A stretch of 64,000 nt of DNA from Amoeboaphelidium protococcarum X5 (Eukaryota > Fungi > Aphelidiomycota), in NCBI GenBank assembly GCA_023515725.1, contig JALDTO010000208.1, positions 309,867 through 373,866 of the forward strand. The letters run 5' to 3'. Within the stretch, counting starts at the first letter, position 1; each line of letters opens with the position of its first letter. The position numbers were made by a program, and so were the translations under genes. The notes beneath the pieces are model-generated. The model was not told the origin of the DNA. It was given only the letters and a program-made list of their open reading frames with translations, and did not search any database. Of the stretch, positions 28,301-40,164 are shown piece by piece.

Positions 28301-28471
28301 TCTTTGCCAGATGTTCATTACGCCAAGAAAGATTTGTACGGGAATAATGATCTTTTAAAGGCACAAGAAGCTTTCAAACATTTGGAAAAGGCGCGAATGC
28401 TAATAGACGAGATTCCAGACCCAAATTTTAGAGAGTTCTACAAGGAGAAGTTCCGAAGATTACTGCGCTGA
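25322..28471 (+). CDS. TYW4: tRNA wybutosine-synthesizing protein 4 (Ppm2/LCMT2: LCM methyltransferase + kelch) fused to a C-terminal TYW5-like JmjC domain, 1049 aa
   Basis: 'DLAVQATNNSSIMSK', 'APLINRGY', 'INLGCGYD', 'SECVLTY', 'FFDEHEEW', kelch 'RWGHSA..VYGG', 'GGGAVCFSMG', then JmjC 'MWPHFDIMDN', 'LEPGDVLYIPSLWIH', 'VNIFW', 'KDLYGNNDL'. 1050 codons. Confidence 0.92.
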
Positions 28472-28671
28472 TTTCGATTATCATTTTTGAGAAACTGCAT
28501 GTAAAACAGGAGTTCTGTTTGAAGTGGTATGGTATGCGCGCATCATAAATGCTTTAAAAATGAACGAATAGAAACTATTATATGTAAAAGCAACTAAACA
28601 TTTATTTCAATTAAGTGATTACGTGCATATTGCTATATAATAGAAGTTCATAGCGAGGTATGTAAAGCAAA

Positions 28672-29238
28672 TCATTATTTAGCTTTCCCTCTGGATTTAC
28701 GCGGTGACTTTGTCGTTGAACTTTGGCCGTTTTCTTGACCGTCAGACGCTTTAGATTCCGCCGCCACTTAATTCCCATTCTCTTACTCTGCGGCCACTTT
28801 CTTTTTCTCTTGTTGTTTCGATGATGAAGACGTTCCGTGATCACTAGTTGATCTCATCTTTCCCACCTACAGCACAAACACAGCAATATAATACTATTTC
28901 ACTTGTCAATATTATAAACTTACCTTCTTGTGAGTCTTCCTCGGTAATTGATACGTGTTAGGATGACGACCAGGTGGATGCTTGACATCGCCCTTTTCAA
29001 ACATCTCTCTCAGCACTTTATGAAGATGCTTTTCAAAGCCTTCCGGTACATCATAATGTTCCTTCATCTCCTTTTGCAGCTATTGACGCGTCATTTTGGC
29101 CTTCTCCTTCAGCAAATGTGTTATCATTTGACTACATATAAGCGCATGGTTTCTCAGTAAAGAATGGCAATATGAACAAGCTTACTGATACGTGGGATGA
29201 ATATGTTGATGCTACTCTTTCGCTATCTCTTCAACCAT
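28672..29238 (-). CDS. Divergent linker histone H1/H15-like protein (151 aa; introns 29132-29185 and 28867-28923)
   Basis: The spliced frame gives 'HPTYHQMITHLLKEKAKMTRQQLQKEMKEHYDVPEGFEKHLHKVLREMFEKGDVKHPPGRHPNTYQL', matching the H15 winged-helix pattern. Short tail ending 'KSPRKSRGKAKQ*'. Confidence 0.68.
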
Positions 29239-29686
29239 CTGTATTGATAAGGATTTCAATTTAAACAATGATTACGCTAATGTTGAAGAGTAAAGTTGTC
29301 ATAAATGCTGACTGGCATCAATAAATGTAGACATTGACACGTCACTTTGACACCGGCCGATTGATTGTTTCAACTGGCTGACACGAAACTGATTTTGTGT
29401 TTTGTGATTGCGAAAGACTGAGAAAATATGAGTGTTTCTACTATTCGTTTCCAAGGAGCGAGATCATATGGTGCATTCTGTTTCTCATATAACACATGTT
29501 CTGTTCAGTGAGATGGAACCACTGCTATAATTAGACATTCCTGGTTACGTAAACTGACCCTCAACTAAAAAGAAGCTTTTTGCATTCGGAATTTTATCGG
29601 CATTGATTACCAAACACCATTCGTATATAATTTTGATTCCGATACACTGCTCTGCATCGCCGTCATTGGAAAGTTTAAATCGAATA

Positions 29687-30340
29687 ATGCTCAATTCACA
29701 AGCGTTCACCTCGAGTATTGAATCAGGAGATCCGGGCAGTCCACTGTTGTCCAGTATACGATCAGCTGAGAATCTAACAGCGACGGACATATGGACTGCT
29801 GATGTTGAGACTGTTTTCATGGAAGCATATCACAAGTTTCCTCATACGGGGCGATCAAAGCTGATGGGCCCCGATGGACACCTGCATGGTCGCAACGAGT
29901 TGATTAGCTTGTATATATTTGAGAAAACTGGCAAAGTTAGAACGAGAAAGCAAGTCTCCAGTCATATACAAGTCCTGCTTAAGAAATTAAGTAAACAGCG
30001 TTCTTCGCTCTCATTATCGGGAACTGATCAAGTGATGACTGCCAACTTTGATATAGAGGATTGTAGTGATCACGGTATGGTTGATGACTTTGCTCATTCT
30101 CCTGATTTTGATTTCAGTTCTGACATGATGAACTCTCCACGGCCGCCTAGAAAGTAAATTGGTCAAAATTGCAATAGATAGTGCATGGACTCTCTCGACA
30201 ATATTAACACTGGCACTGATTGTTTCTAGATCACAGCACCTAAACTTCGATTGAATCAATAGAGTGACGGAGCACAGCATTGTGATGGTTTAGAATTATT
30301 GCTTCAAGCAGCAGAGTAAGAAATTAGCTAGCATCATTGA
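29687..30340 (+). CDS. TEA/ATTS-domain transcription factor (217 aa)
   Basis: 'IWTADVETVFMEA...GRNELISLYIFEKTGKVRTRKQVSSHIQVL'. Extends past the TAA at 30155 to TGA at 30338-30340. Confidence 0.9.
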
Positions 30341-30795
30341 TGCAATATTTAAAATATATGGTTTAAAGATAGATATGAAGAGAGTAAGTATAATACGCGT
30401 TATAGATGTTTGAATGAATTGGAGAATGATATTTTAATAATTGAATGAAATAGAATAATAAATAGCAATATGTACTGTGATTGACTGTTATCAGCTCAAA
30501 CTGCGCCTCTATGGACTTTCTACTATTCAATATACGATTGAAATAGCGGCCAGCATACGAGAGTAATAGCTATGGTATGTAACTGACCATGTCGCGTGTT
30601 TAGAAAAGGATTGATTTCAAGCGTTCTACGATAAAACGATCTCTGTTTCAAATCAAGCTGATCTTTTCGCCTTTGTTTCATCTTTTCCATATTGATTGTT
30701 TCATCAAAGACTCTTCACTTTCTTTAGTTGAACTGATATTATTTTGTTTAAGCATCTACTTGAGGTACAGCTACGTATTTAACTAGTCCTGCAGA

Positions 30796-33700
30796 ATGGC
30801 TTAAGGTAAGTTCCAACATTGATATCCTTAGAAAAGTTTAAAATCACTATAATAATTGTAGAAAGCGTGGAGGATATGATCCATCTGCCAGAGTTGTCAG
30901 AAGACTCTTTGATGCAGAACTTGAATTTGCGATATCAGCAAAAGTTGATTTATGTAAGTTCATTTATTTCATTTTGAAACTCATAGTATATCTTATGAGA
31001 ATATGAGTGTAGACTTATACTGGAAGTATTCTGGTTGCATTGAATCCATTCTAGAGACTGTAGATCTATGGAGTGGATCTGATATCAAAATACTAAGGCA
31101 AATTACTAAGTGAGAATAGTCCACACATTTTTGCGATTGCAGAGATTGCCTTCTCAAATGTGCGCAACTTTTAGCAGAATCAGTCTATTATCATATCAGG
31201 TATGGCTGCAATGTGATGTCCTTATAAATATTAAACTTACGTTTTATGTAAATGTAGGTGAGAGTGGTTCCGGGAAAACAGAGTCTACCAAGGTGATTTT
31301 GCAGTACTTGACTGCGGTCACATCGTAGGCTGGAGATGGGCAACAGTCTTGGGTGGAGCAGTAGATTTTGGAAGCCAATACTGTGCTGGAGAGCTTTGGT
31401 AATGCAAAGACTGTAAGAAATAACAACTCTTCTCGATTCGGTAAATTTGTACAGGTGTTGTTTGATCGGAAGCAGTCGATTATTGGAGCTAATATCATAA
31501 ACTATTTGTTGGAGAAGAGCAGAGTAGTTAAGCAGGCCAATACAGAGAGAAATTACCATGTGTTTTATGAGATGCTCTCTGGGGCGGGAACAGAGGAAAA
31601 GAAGCTCTACTAGCTGTTGAAAGATGCCTCAGCTTATAGATACTTAAATCATAGCGGTTGTGTGGCGATCAATGGTGTGAATGATGGAAAGAATTTTGAA
31701 GCCTTAAAGTTGGCGCTGTCAGTGCTGAAAATGAATATGCAGGATGTTGATTCTACATTTAAAGTTGTATCGTCTATTTTGCATTTAGGCAACGTAGAAT
31801 TTGCCAAAGATGACAAGACTGAGGTTTCTGCTCTTAATGCGTAATCGCATGGAAGTATCACTATTATTTGCAGTCTACTCGGTATTGATGTGAGTAAATT
31901 GAGTACTTGCTTGTTGAATAGAAAGATCACTGTAAGAAATGAAAGTACTCTAGTCCCTCTGAAGCTGGAGCAGGCTGTTGACAATAGAGATTCTATTGCA
32001 AAGACTCTGTATGATAAGCTGTTTATCTATCTTATTGAGCATATCAATAATTCGACCGCGTCCAACAAGTAGCCAGATAATTTTATTGGAGTTTTGGATA
32101 TTTTTGGTTTTGAGCTGTTTGAAGTTAATAGTTTCGAGTAGCTGTGTATCAATTACACCAACGAGAAGTTGCAGTAGTTCTTTAACCAATTTATATTCAA
32201 GCTAGAGATGCAGGAATACGTAAGAGAAGGAATTGACGTGGCCAGTATTGATTATAAGGACAATCAGGCGTGTATTGATTTGATTGAAGGGAAGCTAGGT
32301 GTTCTGTCCCTGCTGGATGAGGAGTGTAAGATGCCCAAAGGTGCTGAAGAGACTTATTTGTAGAAGATGCACGATCAGTTGGTTAAAAATGAGCACTATG
32401 TTAAGCCGCGAACTGCCAAAGGATGTTTTGGCATAAAGCATTATGCCGGTGAGGTTACGTATTAGATTGCAGGGTTCCTAGATAAGAACAGAGATGCGGT
32501 ACCTGAAGAAATTGTCGAGTTGTTTTAATCGTCATCATTGCAGTTGGTATAGAAGTTGTTTAAGAAGGAGGTCACTCCTGCGCAGTCACAGCAGTCTAAG
32601 GGAAAAGCATCTGCTGGCTCCAACTTCAAGAATCAGTTGATATCTCTAGTTAATACTCTTGGTGCTACCACACCGCACTATGTCCGCTGCATTAAGCCTA
32701 ATTGGGAGAAAAAGGCTTTTGTATTTGATCCAGAGTTGACTTTGGCCCAGCTTAGATATGCCGGAATGATGGAGACGATAAAAATTAGAAAGATTGGTTT
32801 CCCGTTGAGATTTTAGTATGAACTGGTAGTGAACAAGTTTAGATTCTTAATTCCAGATTCAGCTCATGGAAATGTAAGAGATGCGTGTCTGAAGTTGATG
32901 AATGCGCTGAAGATTGAGCCTAAGAATTACAAGCTTGGTCAGACAAAATTGTTTTTGAAGTAGTAGGCGTTGGATAAATTGATTGTGGAAAATGAGCAGA
33001 GAAATAGTAGAATGATTATTCTTTTGCAAAAGACTTACAAGGGCAAGTTGTACAGATAGAGGTTTCTTGCCTAGAGGAATGCTGCGCTCAAGTTGCAGTA
33101 CATTATTCGTAGTCATTTGATAAGGAATCGCTATATCACTATGCGGGCTGCTTGTATTTAGATCTAGTCTGCAGTAAGAGGATGGTTTGCTCGAGATTAT
33201 CTTAGATAATTGAAAGCTGAAAAGAAGGCTCAGGAGTTGGCGTTGGCCTAGTAGAAGGAAGCTGCTCTTAAGTTGAGTTTGCAGCCTCAGCAGTTGGTGA
33301 AGTCTGCATCTATTGGGGAGGTGAATGGGTAGCCCGATGTTCCGTTGGTGGATGTGAGTTCTCTTCCTCCACCTCTGCCACCTCCTATGAGTATGGCCCC
33401 TCCTCAGGCAGCGGTGGTTAAGCCTCCTACCGAGGACGAGATTCAATTGCAATCATTGGTTGATTAGCGCAAGAAAAGATAGACTGTAATGTTGGAAAAC
33501 TAGAAGCGGCAGTCTGCAGTGCCTGCGAAGAAGGGAGAGCTCGATATGCTATTTTCTTTTCTGGATGACTTTAATGGTGATGGATCTGATCAGATATAGA
33601 ACTCTGCTGTTAATGAAGAAGAAGCTATCATCATTGAGGAAATGGAAGATATTTTCAAACTTAATGAGGACGACATTAATGCTGCGGTGCAGCGTGTCCG

Positions 33701-36700
33701 TTCGAACAATGCTTTAGATGCCGATTCTGCTGGGAATGAGAGTAAGCAATAAGCTCAGGTGGCTGATCAGGATTAGTCTGCTGCAATCGAGCAACAAGTG
33801 GTTGATCAAACTGCCAAGTTGAGTATCTAAGAGAGTGCCAGTGTTGTTGTCGCTGATGAAAATCAGAAGCCTGCTCTACCCGTGCAATAGAATGTGCAGC
33901 CTCCAGAGCCTCCAGCAAAGTTGCGCTTTAATCCGTTGGCTGCAAAGTTGAAGGAATAGGAAGGGAATGTCGTTGAGGAGGATAAAAGTCTCAGAGCTTT
34001 TGCTGAGAAATTCTTTAATCAGCACAGCTAGACTGGTGGTAATTCGACCATAGCCGCTACCTTTTCCAAGAAGAAAGCTGCTGGTAAGATTCTTGATATT
34101 AGCGCGATGCTCAGCTATACCAAGCACCCTCTTCCTTCATCGATCATTAATATCAAGAAGCCTGTGATTGTTAACTTTGCGATTGATTGTTTTAAGCATT
34201 TAAACAAGTATTTGGACTTTGGGTTGAAGAAAGGTGAGGAATCAATTGCCATAGTTCGAAAGATGATCGAATTCGGACTTGGTAATCCAGAGTTGAGGGA
34301 TGAGTTGTATATCCAGGTGATAAGGCAGATTACTCCTAGTCCTGATTCGTAGTCGATGAAGAATTGGAATGATTGGATTATGAACGGATGGCACCTATTG
34401 ATGCTCTACAGCTAAACGTTCCCACCATCTAAAGTATTCTCCAAGTACCTTCTCCATTATTACACTTTGAATTCTGCACCTGATAAGAAGGCTGAGTACA
34501 AGTCTGTCATTTAGAAATGTGCCGTATATTGTGAGTAGACTGTTCGTAAAATTGTCACTAATGGAGCGCGTAAGCATACTGTAACGGCTGAGGAGATCAC
34601 TTCAACTATTGATATGTCTCCTGTTCTGTGTCGCATTTCTCTTATGGATGGTCAAATTAAAGGCTTTCCAATGACTTTGACAATGACTGCGGCTGAGGTG
34701 GTTAAGGAACTAGGATTTAGATTGTCTATTCAAGATATGAGCGGTTGGTGCTTAGTAGAAGTGTAAGACGAACCATTTGAAGAAAGAGTGCTAAGATCTA
34801 CGGATTATATCGCGGACATCTACGCTTCTTGGGAGGAGCGTGCCGCGAAATCTTTGATTGAATCCAAGTCTTCTTCTATAAGTCTAACTTCAACAGTATC
34901 TCGAAAATCTGGTCGATCTGTGTCGAGCCCTCTAGCAATGATGAGCTTCACCGCGAATAATTCTAATCCGAAATTGTCCAAGTAAGGATCTAATAATCAG
35001 CTGTCTCCCAAGAAAGGTGGCTCTGTTCTGGATTACAAGATTTGCCTGAAGAAACGTTTATTTAAAGATCCAAACGAGGTTCCGCGAAATCCTATTGAGT
35101 TTAGCTTAATCTATGCTCAGCATGCTAATGATGTAATTCGTGAGAAATATCCTCTCACCGATAAATTTGCCTGTTAGCTTGCGGCATTGAAGATGTTTAT
35201 CGATTGGGGAGATTACGATCCGAACACTTATGGCTCGGCTTTTGATCTGCAAAAGTATGTTCCTCTAAGCATTGCTGAGCGTTACTCCGAAGATGAATGG
35301 ATTTAGCAGATATCTGATTACCATCAGAAGCTGAAAGGTAAAAGCAATTTGTAAGCCAAGTTGATGTTTATTGACGCGCTGCACCATTTTCAGTATTTTG
35401 GGGCCACTTTGTTTGCTGTCAAGTTCAAAGGATTCTGGTAGCATCCTGAGAATGTTGTTTTGGCTGTATCTGCTCATGGTCTATTCTTTATGTTGAAAAG
35501 CAAGACCATAATCGATTTCTTCAATTATGAGAAAGTTATCGGCTGGGAGGTGGACGCTGAAATGATCACAATATCTATTCAGCGCAATATGGTCAATGGT
35601 CAGAATGATTTACTGACGGAGAATTATAAGTTTGCTAGCAAGGCTCCTGAAGAAGTAGCTCTGCTTCTTAAGGAATATAGTATGAAAAGTGGTGCTAAGA
35701 AGGATAGGGATTTATTTGTAAGTGAAGCGGAGATGAGTTTGCTGGCGAAAGACTTGGATAAATCGCGCTTTACTCTACTGAAGAAGTAGTTGATAAGTTT
35801 TTAGTAGAGATCCGCGTCCAATGTAGCTTAGATATTCGAATAATAGTAGCAGTAAAGTAATCAGTCCTCGGAGTCATTTGTATAATTACCCCCGCAAGTG
35901 GAGTAATAGTAATAGTAATAGTAATAGTAATAGTAAGCACTCACAGACGCACAGATCAATCAGATTGTCAATGAATGGCCGATCAGAATTTTGACGGTGC
36001 AAGCTCCTTTACTGGTGTCTCCAGCTAGAGATCAATCTCTCAATTCTGCCGCTCAAAGACTGTCTCTACTTCTTCAAGAAGCTGCTAATTCTTTTGTCTA
36101 AACTAATTTGACGTCCAGTGCAGGAAGTGGTCGCTCTCTGAATATCAAAACTGCTGGTTTGAATGAAAGTCTGGGAAGTAGTGGCACTCTTAGAGGAGGT
36201 GGTGCTGGTGGATAGAGAGCGTCTGTGAGCCAACACCCTGAATGGGTACAAATTGGAAGAATTGTTCATCGTGGATTTGAAGAGCCTCGGCTAATTGATG
36301 AGCTTTACATGCAGTTGATCAAGTACACCACGGAGTATTCTGATCCTAATAGTAAGAGCGCTTTGTTCTTTTGGCGGACTCTGGCTGTTACTTGTGGTTG
36401 TCTGAGGCCCAAGTCTGCGGACGTGATTGATTTACTAAGAAGTCATTTGCGGCGATACTCTGTGATTGAACAGAAGACTCCTGGTGATCTGATGCGCCGT
36501 GATGAAGTTGCCTTCGCCAAGTACTGCAGCAAGACTATGGCGAAGAATATGCAAACTGATCCGCGACTGTGCCCACCATCACAAGATGAAATTGTGGCAG
36601 TTTGTAAATTGGCATCCGTTAGTGCCAGGATCTATCTTCCAGATGGCCAATACCGTGCGTTAGGCTTTACTCCTCATTCTCTGTGCAGGGAGATTTTGGC

Positions 36701-37502
36701 CCTGTTTTTGCAAAAGCTGAAGCTTCAAGACTCGTATGGCTTTGCATTATATATCAGAACCATTGCAACTGGCCAGATGAAGCATATCCTAGAGCAGACA
36801 AAGTTGTCAGATGTTCTCGGCAATTGGGACAAGGACATGAAAAAGGCAAGTTTGAAAGACTGTCCATATCAGTTGGTTATTCGCCGCAGAATCTATGCCA
36901 GTCCGCAGATATCCTCTCCTAACGAGATTGAGGAAGAGCTTATGATGCATTTTGCCACGAGCGATGTACTCAATTTGAGATATCCTGCATCGGTGGATGA
37001 TTTGGCCATGTTGGCTGCGTTCAAGTGTCAGGCTGAGAATGGAGATGAACATCCAAGTAAGCAATTGGACTACAATAGCGTGATGTAAAAGTATGTACCC
37101 GTTCAGATGAGAAGTAATGAGTTATTAGTGATGATTAAGCGTGAACACTCTTCATTGAGAAAGAGAACGCCTGCAGAGTGTAAGAAATTGTACATGAACA
37201 AGATCCGTACGGCATGGAAGTATTATGGTGCATCCATATTCTCTGTGCAATAGAACTACTCGAGTGAAATTCCGAGACAATGCTGGCTCCTGGTGGATGG
37301 AGATGGAGTGCACGTTAGTCCAGAGATGTCGAAGCAGGCTGCTGTCTCAATGACTTATGCACAAATTGGGTCCACCGCTGTAGATGCTGAGAGTCTCATG
37401 TTGGTCAGTATCTCTCGTGATGTCAAGTTGATTTTCTAAACTAGTGATGCGGATGAAATCCAGGACATAATGAAGGAGTATCAACAGCTGAGAGTATACT
37501 GA
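30796..37502 (+). CDS. Unconventional myosin with motor, IQ motifs, Pro-rich linker and two MyTH4-FERM cassettes (class 7/15/22-like; Myo22-like); three 5' introns
   Basis: 'VEDMIHL', '[14 protein letters not shown]', 'GESGSGKTE', '[20 protein letters not shown]', 'LDIFGFE', '[19 protein letters not shown]'. MyTH4 motifs '[15 protein letters not shown]' and '[12 protein letters not shown]'. FERM motifs 'YFGATLF' and 'YYGASIF'. TGA at 37500-37502. Confidence 0.93.
35904..35936 (+). repeat. (TAATAG)n microsatellite: 11 consecutive in-frame TAA/TAG codons encoding polyQ inside the myosin tail
   Basis: GAG TAA TAG TAA TAG TAA TAG TAA TAG TAA TAG TAA GCA, in frame with the flanking myosin ORF fragments starting at 35460 and 36225. 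Confidence 0.9.
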
Positions 37503-37696
37503 AAGAGATTTATCAGTAACTATAAAGATGAGTAAATGATGATCTATTATTGTACTAACTGAATACTATTTCGATGATGAATTAAAGTTATAAAGATGAT
37601 TGTATCAGGACTATTTCAACCTCAGAAAGACCAAGTACAGAAAAATATCTCATTATCATTATTCAGATACCAAGAGATTCACAAACATATATCAAC

Positions 37697-38285
37697 TCAG
37701 AAGGCCACCATAAACTATTCAGCAACAATACGAGCGCGAGAGTTCAGTCCAATCTTCATCTCAGAGATCTCCTTGTCAATCTCCTCCATGAAAGAGACAA
37801 CGAAATCCACAATCTTATGCTTCAACATGGTCTCAGTATGAACATTGGTAATCAAAAATGAAATATCATAGTCTGGATGAGCAGCCTTTCTCCTCAAAAT
37901 AACAAAGTTCTCAGCACGCTGCATCAGGAAACGTGTAAACTTCTTGGCCAGAATCTTTTCAATGTCATCCGCCTGCTTGATCTTGATGCTCACACGCAAA
38001 CTATTCACAGAGCCTTCAATCAACACCCGCTCCGCCTCAGTACGGCAGATATGAATAGGAGTCAGCAGACACTCCTTGCTGGACTGAGCCTCAATCTCAG
38101 GCTTGTTGTGTCGCTCCACAATCTGTGAGCTAAAGTTCTCCATACACATGGCAGCAGTCAGACTGGAGCGAACAGCGTTCAAATACGGTCTCAAAGTATT
38201 ACTCTACACTCACATCAATAATAATGATAATGATAATGCCAATAATTATTAAATCTCTATGATTACTAAAGTCAAAACTTACCAT
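37697..38285 (-). CDS. ARPC4: Arp2/3 complex subunit 4 (p20-Arc); intron 38204-38282 directly after the ATG
   Basis: '[37 protein letters not shown]...[38 protein letters not shown]...[15 protein letters not shown]'. Confidence 0.97.
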
Positions 38286-39268
38286 TTTTTTAAATACGTA
38301 ATTAATTAGTTGCCAGAGATAAGTGAATGAATAACGTTTGTTTTAACGGCGCAATTAAAGGGAAAGAAAGGAGGGAAGGAATTGACTGACGTCGGATTCA
38401 CAGTTGAAGAATGTGCTGCAGAGTCGATCTATAGTTTCAATTCCAACAAAGCCACTCTGATGATTAATGTGATCTTATATTAATAGAGATGATCGAGTGG
38501 CAAGTGAAAACTGATGCACGAAGGCTTTGAGAAAATGAACTCTATGTTGTTACAAGGATATTTACCGGGGAGCCATCGGGTCAGTGCTACAGTGGAAGGG
38601 AGTATGCTGACGCGTCTAAAGATGCAATGGCCAAACACAGATAACCACCTCTGTATACATAAGGTAAAATAGTAAAACCATCAACCACCGCCATCGCGCT
38701 GAGAGCTCCTTTCAAGCACAGTTCGTAATTTGATTCGTTCTCAGCACTAATCGAGGACTCTATGTTATCTGAAACTGCATTCAGCTGAGTAATACTGTGT
38801 GAATAGTAGATGTAACAGCTAACCGTAATTTCTCCAGTCGCTTCATGATCATCTTACCGTAAAATTTACGGTGCGCCATCATTGCTGAGCTATCACTTAG
38901 AAATCAACTGCGTTGTGTTGTAACGTTGCCTTACTTTAAGTATAATTCGATTAAGCTGGAATTTGTGCCCGTCATACATACCGATATGAACAGTCGCTTC
39001 TGCAACAATGAAATGTTTTGGTAACGGTCACATTAAAAGCGCCTTTGTATCAACTGAAGACTGATTGAGTCGAGTCAGCAGATTCCAACAAACACTAGCA
39101 TTTAAAATTATCTTACGAATCTTGCAACGCCGCACTTAAGTAAAATTATTGAGATATTTGAGCCTTTCAATTAGCTTGTTGAAGACGCAGACGCGTTAAG
39201 TGTTGATTGTCACAACTAATCAAGTAACCATCATACATTGCACTGATCATTTACTATTCAATAAATCC

Positions 39269-39870
39269 ATGCAATAAAGTGTTGAGTTTCTAGACAATCT
39301 CTTCAACGTCCAAGATCCATTTTTTTAAATCGTTAGGCTTACTGGAGATACATAATTAACATCAGTTAAAGATCAATTGTTTATCCGAAACTTTATTAAT
39401 GATCTAACACTGTGTGATTCTGAGTGAGTCCCTCAAAGTGGCCAAGTTTGCTAATCTGTTCTCATCGCCACACCTAATCTCAAGTTATTAGATAACGAAC
39501 GACTGAGAGTATAAAATATCATAAAATGGATAATTGGAACTTGAAATATTTGGACTAGAATATACATTGGTGCGACAGAGAGTTAAAGGTTGGATTTACG
39601 AGATATCCTGTGAATCGATCCATTTCTATTGTGCTGATGGAACTAGACGATGATCAACCTCCTTGGGCGGTGGCGACTACTTGCATTCCCCACGCCAAAA
39701 TGGATATCAACAATGAGCTACTGCTATGTACTTGGAATTGCGAAGGATTGCTGGAAGTCATGATCAGGGCTGGAATACTTGAAGATACTAAGAAGCGCGT
39801 TCCATCTGGTTATGTTGAGGCACCAGTGTGTAAACTGTTGAAGAAGCCCAAAGACTTCCCAGATGTGTGA
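39269..39870 (+). CDS. Protein with C-terminal DUF4313-like (bacterial/phage-type) domain, 177 aa; intron 39424-39491
   Basis: C-terminal 'RYPVNRSISIVLMELDDDQPPWAVATTCIP...ELLLCTWNCEGLLEVMIRAGILEDTKKRVPSGYVEAPVCKL'. A GTGAGT..CTAAT..TAG intron joins the upstream exon in frame. Family call is from memory. Confidence 0.65.
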
Positions 39871-40164
39871 TCTCTTTTTGATACTTTTAGTAAAATATAA
39901 AATAAAATAATTGGTGGCGCAATTTGAACATTGTTAAGTGAGTACTTATATTATCCTAAAGACAGTTTTTAATATCCCGTTGCCTCAGCATAGATAAGAA
40001 TACTTCACCAGCAACTTGTTAACGATCTGTGCTTCTAGGTGACAGTTTCGCGTTTTAAACGTTTCGACCGCGCGAGAGTTCTCTTTTACTGCCGCGACTA
40101 ACACCCCCTTTCAATTAGACGCTTTACACGGTATCAGTGACTCTTATAAACGGTGAAGTTAAAA

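Noticed and set aside
32859-33452. 197-aa minus-strand ORF and similar antisense ORFs in the track
   Set aside because: Shadow ORFs opposite well-supported genes (myosin, AMS1, AT-1, SMC1).
38300-39260. About 1-kb gap upstream of ARPC4 considered as a gene or mobile-element remnant
   Set aside because: Only short featureless ORFs in the frames examined; no transposase motifs or terminal repeats seen.
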